Shown one piece after another: positions 61,601 through 64,000 of a DNA stretch of 64,000 nucleotides. The stretch lies in the IMG/VR virus record IMGVR_UViG_3300043570_002257, positions 32,001-96,000 of that record. One strand, given 5' to 3'. The notes below the pieces were generated by a model, which saw only the letters and a program-made list of their open reading frames with translations, made no database searches and was not told the origin of the DNA. This DNA comes from a virus. How positions within the stretch are numbered: position 1 is the first letter of the stretch; each line of letters starts with the position of its first letter. The position numbers were made by a program, and so were the translations under genes.

Positions 61601-64000
61601 AGCCAAATACTGTGTAATATATAATGATTTTTTATCTATATTTTTAAAACTTTTACCATCTTTGATTTTAGTACCAACTGTTTGTGATACTCCACCAAAT
61701 AAAGCAACATTAAGATTGTCTAATAAAAGTTTTGTTTCTCTTGCTCTAGGTGTATCTTTATTGTTAAGCAAATCAGTTAACGCAGCATTATCAAAAAAGA
61801 AGTCTTTTAAGAAATCTTTATAAAAAGGATCATCTTCTAATGTAGCAAGTAATCCTTTACTGCGTATTGATTGAAACAATAAAGTTACAGGAGTATTGCT
61901 TACATATCTGTAAATAGGTTTACCTTCTGCATTACGCACTGTTGGTAATATATTACTTAAATCATACTTTACAATATACTCAGATGCTTTTTTAATAATA
62001 GTATTAAAGCGATTTATAGATTTATCTTTACTGTTATTATTATCAAGTTCAACTGCAAAATCATTTGTAGAAATTCCTTGAACAATCTTGTCAAAAATAT
62101 CATTGACACTAAAGAAGAAATCTCTTTCTAAATATTTCTTTTCAGATACAAATCTTGAATGAGCATCATAGTGTGATTTTGCTTTTCCTGTTACATTTAG
62201 ATCTACTTTATTGTCAGTCTGGTCAATTGCCATAATTGACATTCTTATTAATGACTTAGGAAACTTAAGACCAACATTATTGAATGCTTCATACAGTTCA
62301 TTTGTTAATCTTTCAAGTTGTGTATTTTGTGTTGATACCTCTGTTAAAATAAAAGGACTAGTCATCTTTTTTGATAACTTAACTAATTCTTTTACTTGAC
62401 TAAGATACTCTTTATTGTTTTTGTTTTCTTTGTATGTTTTTATAATTGAAGTAAGAAAGTCTTTTTTCTTATTATCAACATCTTGTTTAAACACTTGGTC
62501 AATAATTGTAAACCCAGTTGTACTAAGGTTTGTCTCATTGCTTTGAGGATCAATTTCTTCTACAACAGTTTTAGGTTTAATCATTACATAGTCAACTGCT
62601 GTTTTATGTAAAACATCAACAACCATGTTATATAACTGTTTGTTTTTTGTTGGTACTCCATCACTCTCCATACCTGTCTCACGACTTAACTTGTTATATA
62701 TAGCAAGTATGTCATTGCCCATTACATAAAATCCATCTTCAATTTGCCCTTCACCTGTTATTTTAATATGTTCTATAATGTTTGAAGGTTCAATGTCTGC
62801 AGAAGTTTGTAATAAAGAACTAAATATCTGTTCACCAGGAATCATTCTTGGAACTTTAATTCCTAATTGTGGATGTACTTGGTCATATCTTACAATAGTT
62901 AAATACTTTCTTATCATTCTTGGTAATGACTCTGCATTTATTTCATTAAATGAAGAATCATAATCAACAGATTCAGAAGTCTCAGAATCTAGTTCTGCAT
63001 CATCATCTGAAATAACATTTTCATTTGCTCCAGACATTTCTTTTTGCATGACATCATTGTCAGCAGATTTTTCATTACTATCTAGAATTGAGTTAATGCT
63101 ATCAACTTTTTCTTTAACTAGATCTCTAAGCATTTCATAAGATACTTTTCCAAGACTATTGTCTTTTGGCTCTTCACCAGGTACAATAATCATATTCTTT
63201 GAACTTACTCTTCCATCATAAGCAGGATTTCCAGTTGTGTTTATGTCAAACAACTTTTCACCATTAACCCTAGCACCCAACATGAATCTGTAGTTTGTAT
63301 ACAAAGGACCCATGGTAGAAAGAATTCTATCTTTAAGTCCAGGATCTGACGCAATCATTTTTGCGTTATCTGGCAATGCTAATAAAACATCAAGATTGTA
63401 TTCATAGTCTAATACATATTTTGCAATACGGTCAAACTTTGTTGTAAAACTTTCTTTTTGACCATCTTCTAACATGTATCCTGCAAGCATATTAACAAGT
63501 TGATCTTGGTCTGCTCTACTAAGTGTGCTTGTAGATTCACCCACCATACCTGTGCTTGTTGTAGATACTTGTCTAATACCATCAATTAACTTATATGCAA
63601 ACTGACCTTCAAACATTCCTGAAGATATAACTTCATTTTTGTATTGGCCTGTTTTTATCTTGCCATAAACATTATCAATGTATGAGCTATTCTTTGAGAA
63701 CATTTCCAAAAGCTTTTTCAATAGTGCCATTAACTGACCTATAATTCCTTTTGGTTTAGTGTTATTAAGCATGTAATTCTGAAACCCATCAGCAAGAATT
63801 TCTTCTGCTTTAAGTCGTTTCAATACATCTAATGTAAATGAATAGTTACGTTGACGTGCAAATTCCTTAAGAGCAGCTTCAGTAAATTGAGAAGCATTCT
63901 TTTTAACACCTGTTACAGCATCAATAAGATTATTTCTTTCTTCAGCATTAAGTAAATGTCTAAACACACCATGAAAAGCTTCATGATAAACTACACCTTT
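55613..64000 (-). CDS. Virion-packaged double-psi beta-barrel RNA polymerase polyprotein with zincin domain (5' end outside window)
   Basis: AGSDFDVDALY (58976-58990), upstream RIPTEDKRS; frame is open to the window edge with HEAFH at 63985-63971. Confidence 0.9.
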   Translation of the reverse strand, partial: KGVVYHEAFHGVFRHLLNAEERNNLIDAVTGVKKNASQFTEAALKEFARQRNYSFTLDVLKRLKAEEILADGFQNYMLNNTKPKGIIGQLMALLKKLLEMFSKNSSYIDNVYGKIKTGQYKNEVISSGMFEGQFAYKLIDGIRQVSTTSTGMVGESTSTLSRADQDQLVNMLAGYMLEDGQKESFTTKFDRIAKYVLDYEYNLDVLLALPDNAKMIASDPGLKDRILSTMGPLYTNYRFMLGARVNGEKLFDINTTGNPAYDGRVSSKNMIIVPGEEPKDNSLGKVSYEMLRDLVKEKVDSINSILDSNEKSADNDVMQKEMSGANENVISDDDAELDSETSESVDYDSSFNEINAESLPRMIRKYLTIVRYDQVHPQLGIKVPRMIPGEQIFSSLLQTSADIEPSNIIEHIKITGEGQIEDGFYVMGNDILAIYNKLSRETGMESDGVPTKNKQLYNMVVDVLHKTAVDYVMIKPKTVVEEIDPQSNETNLSTTGFTIIDQVFKQDVDNKKKDFLTSIIKTYKENKNNKEYLSQVKELVKLSKKMTSPFILTEVSTQNTQLERLTNELYEAFNNVGLKFPKSLIRMSIMAIDQTDNKVDLNVTGKAKSHYDAHSRFVSEKKYLERDFFFSVNDIFDKIVQGISTNDFAVELDNNNSKDKSINRFNTIIKKASEYIVKYDLSNILPTVRNAEGKPIYRYVSNTPVTLLFQSIRSKGLLATLEDDPFYKDFLKDFFFDNAALTDLLNNKDTPRARETKLLLDNLNVALFGGVSQTVGTKIKDGKSFKNIDKKSLYITQYLAFIKRTTHSSFKKEADSEGNVSDVVTNIQTYQRSFSQLEASQTNYLVTGLYKPFANAKGKVLNSDKRLKIVDTFEDVIKQEYKRIAKEWARSEQNKKDFDSGKQAPILNNYNGVLDNEDKSKVNTELKDLRAYKFNKLADFFTENPEIESNVDKNGLADFAKQGVTYNELDPAIKEALLNSLNNYAQTQLDKHLKNLVDLKVLTKKTIVRHYSSGKLEIDARTGEPKAPITYYDSAFIPTKIVVNNVPETLLSNAYQPTEETYSASKDKIQNANLEGLATDFFFNNWMNALYFNEIIDGDIAMNIKDSTDYFKRNKKLLAAGSTMKEGYHRVAYLNTIKGFISDNHPEYGPYYSKQAIINDTTIKSSEIKEQLLSEFGSKKTMRDIFDGQSITTLMHQIDMHDSMGRLSSDILYSLIAKHYRTLSETEIRMMEAGKVVNNPKKTITASRNSYHKQSENLIDRLDVSIIVPKSNQSLTQAQDTLHGLYMNLYSLRAERQELVKAKEINQIESLDTVIKKTVEDIHEYFRPLPHRKVLHDLLNSMEYHQIDQLMDTTASKNATRLPLDYFSAAEKINETDGYLNLALSSMDIDNKYKFLQVETSGVKDKAKFSVQSKMLIAADVINLNELIKAKGIKMSASEEKALNKITETLVEYQSSLKKIGQSNLATLKTILRKDGDFQVGKIFELISASLEEQGANTATLKLFDLDASGKPVHSANLPGIRNMLEYYFFSQYSKHVTDEKGSGTKSIHISSWGMNVLADENNEVVSTENYKNNPEGYGLLKERPLGVSIEIDKKTGVKTYFIEAIMPKPLFKSKEHEAFYMKNLLKMFGVRIPTEDKRSMVAIKVVDFMDSSNLNGIILPHLVHLLAGSDFDVDALYSQTFAHYFDLSGNPKLYGEYEGGQNTNLNKFAEFVQYMSKDQDMRPLIKKEIKKLLNETSYDVSENVLDVLYHSGFDESDFNGAMNFSELKESYESNKSDIKELMDIRDEAREEFVDAIKRNEINPSDRSALDDRRALGKEVGEYNEELVEKRGQKNEYGRQVSRANRFIDGGLKATAILNVFSKMGLPASAQAFEANPNYALSVRPIFQNLNLQSKLDIMSNEVVYKYLYVNERSSIERFEQIVDNFGLNLDEYSTMYNMYTPDAVIASKVDTSMFKDGIGIAANTNKFVALASQYGLGLKSENVIWSFKNADLEQVYLNKFGTINADNERVIAVVGNILGMFADGAKKPIPAVLQMNEVNTGITLAMIGVGLSPEFAIAFNFIPEIRKAVQEVQAGKYAITESLSTSYTYLGKEIGNQIKDIATSNKDALSNLIKAGLIDPSSNPYKIILNKEKLVVDFKAGKLNTKSILENTLRADEIGFEVSAMIDITDKATDLEETTNRIQFTDAEQKIILLQLYKDQANQTYSIRKAGSMIDLFKKLNPSFTNFDRLFENIKTLRGEESIFTPESVEKIFDENQVWPELFEALEDLNEQASKLFLERTQFFAPIKKAFDSVFVDKANIAKVITSYVALKQYQKNMPGSRKTGTSMDALIEQDDKNLVDTFTPEYWFTNTLPEQLEEFQKKYSNNKFLQLLRPDISENKAFLTSGGYVNERSIKMINKSKISGNLSDEISDDASFLLRNENMFTKKLFYHELAKTGLQYKAGSFLQYLDPGMMIPLSNYIDSFISKLEETKGDKNKLIDVIKDLIGKEATDKDVYEFFDQLFLQMAYAATKEVGNSNIKIATGFSSSLMSNIMKSFNFDAEQSETSRRNILNNVLNRFSGQELKNAKTFRLLSEENQKPVEEIIFNMDVPKDIKEATKETMDEIGKKVSITFDKFTNKYNFPLIISVGFKKYLLNGVDSEIENNSFGKSVINSIVGKGEYVNQGYTAKYTLIPDQLTTGSLSSIGFTKEAAKTYMDYVSGKKKLEYIAPEIKKSEETVAMLPESTVKQTVSKSQLEIDMENLELTDSVVNALYNESSKRMSIEEFKTAAQGVIVNLRAVMSNEQILEKIKCL

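Noticed and set aside
557-62963. Many short ORFs antisense or out-of-frame within long genes (e.g. 1255-1569, 20251-20550, 28028-28369, 50395-50784)
   Set aside because: Shadow ORFs overlapping well-supported genes or promoter regions, with no motifs or leaders
63965-63967. GTG at 63967 as the true RNAP start
   Set aside because: The frame continues without a stop to the window edge and includes HEAFH
1-64000. Stop-codon reassignment (TAG or TGA), known in some crAss-like phages
   Set aside because: Multi-kb genes are uninterrupted in the standard code, and TAG and TGA both end genes at sensible positions
1-64000. tRNA, rRNA or integrase genes
   Set aside because: None recognised by eye in the short intergenic gaps; tRNAscan-SE would be needed to exclude tRNAs formally

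Overview
AT-rich 64 kb fragment of a lytic dsDNA phage of the crAss-like (Crassvirales/phi14:2-like) type, most likely infecting a Bacteroidota host. Evidence: A-rich leaders without Shine-Dalgarno sites, several TTTG-N19-TAnnTTTG promoters, and a Flavobacterium-type RNR. The standard genetic code is used. Plus strand, 1-26 kb: MoxR-type AAA+/vWA pair, a dense array of small early/accessory genes (including a four-gene uncharacterised His/acidic module), then replication and repair genes (dUTPase, HNH, SF2 helicase, UNG, DnaB-like helicase, Sak4-like ATPase, putative SSB, primase, GIY-YIG, PD-(D/E)XK nuclease, family B polymerase, dNMP kinase). An inverted lysis cassette lies at 26-28.2 kb, followed by nrdB-nrdA-thyX at 28.5-33 kb. 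Minus strand, 33-64 kb: virion genes, comprising tail-fibre chaperones, a Cys-rich FN3 protein, two giant modular fibres with Peptidase_S74 chaperones, a 1969-aa nuclease-bearing cargo protein, and a >2784-aa virion RNA polymerase (DFDVD) that runs off the window and has an in-frame HExxH zincin motif. All calls come from motif recognition by eye; no searches were run.
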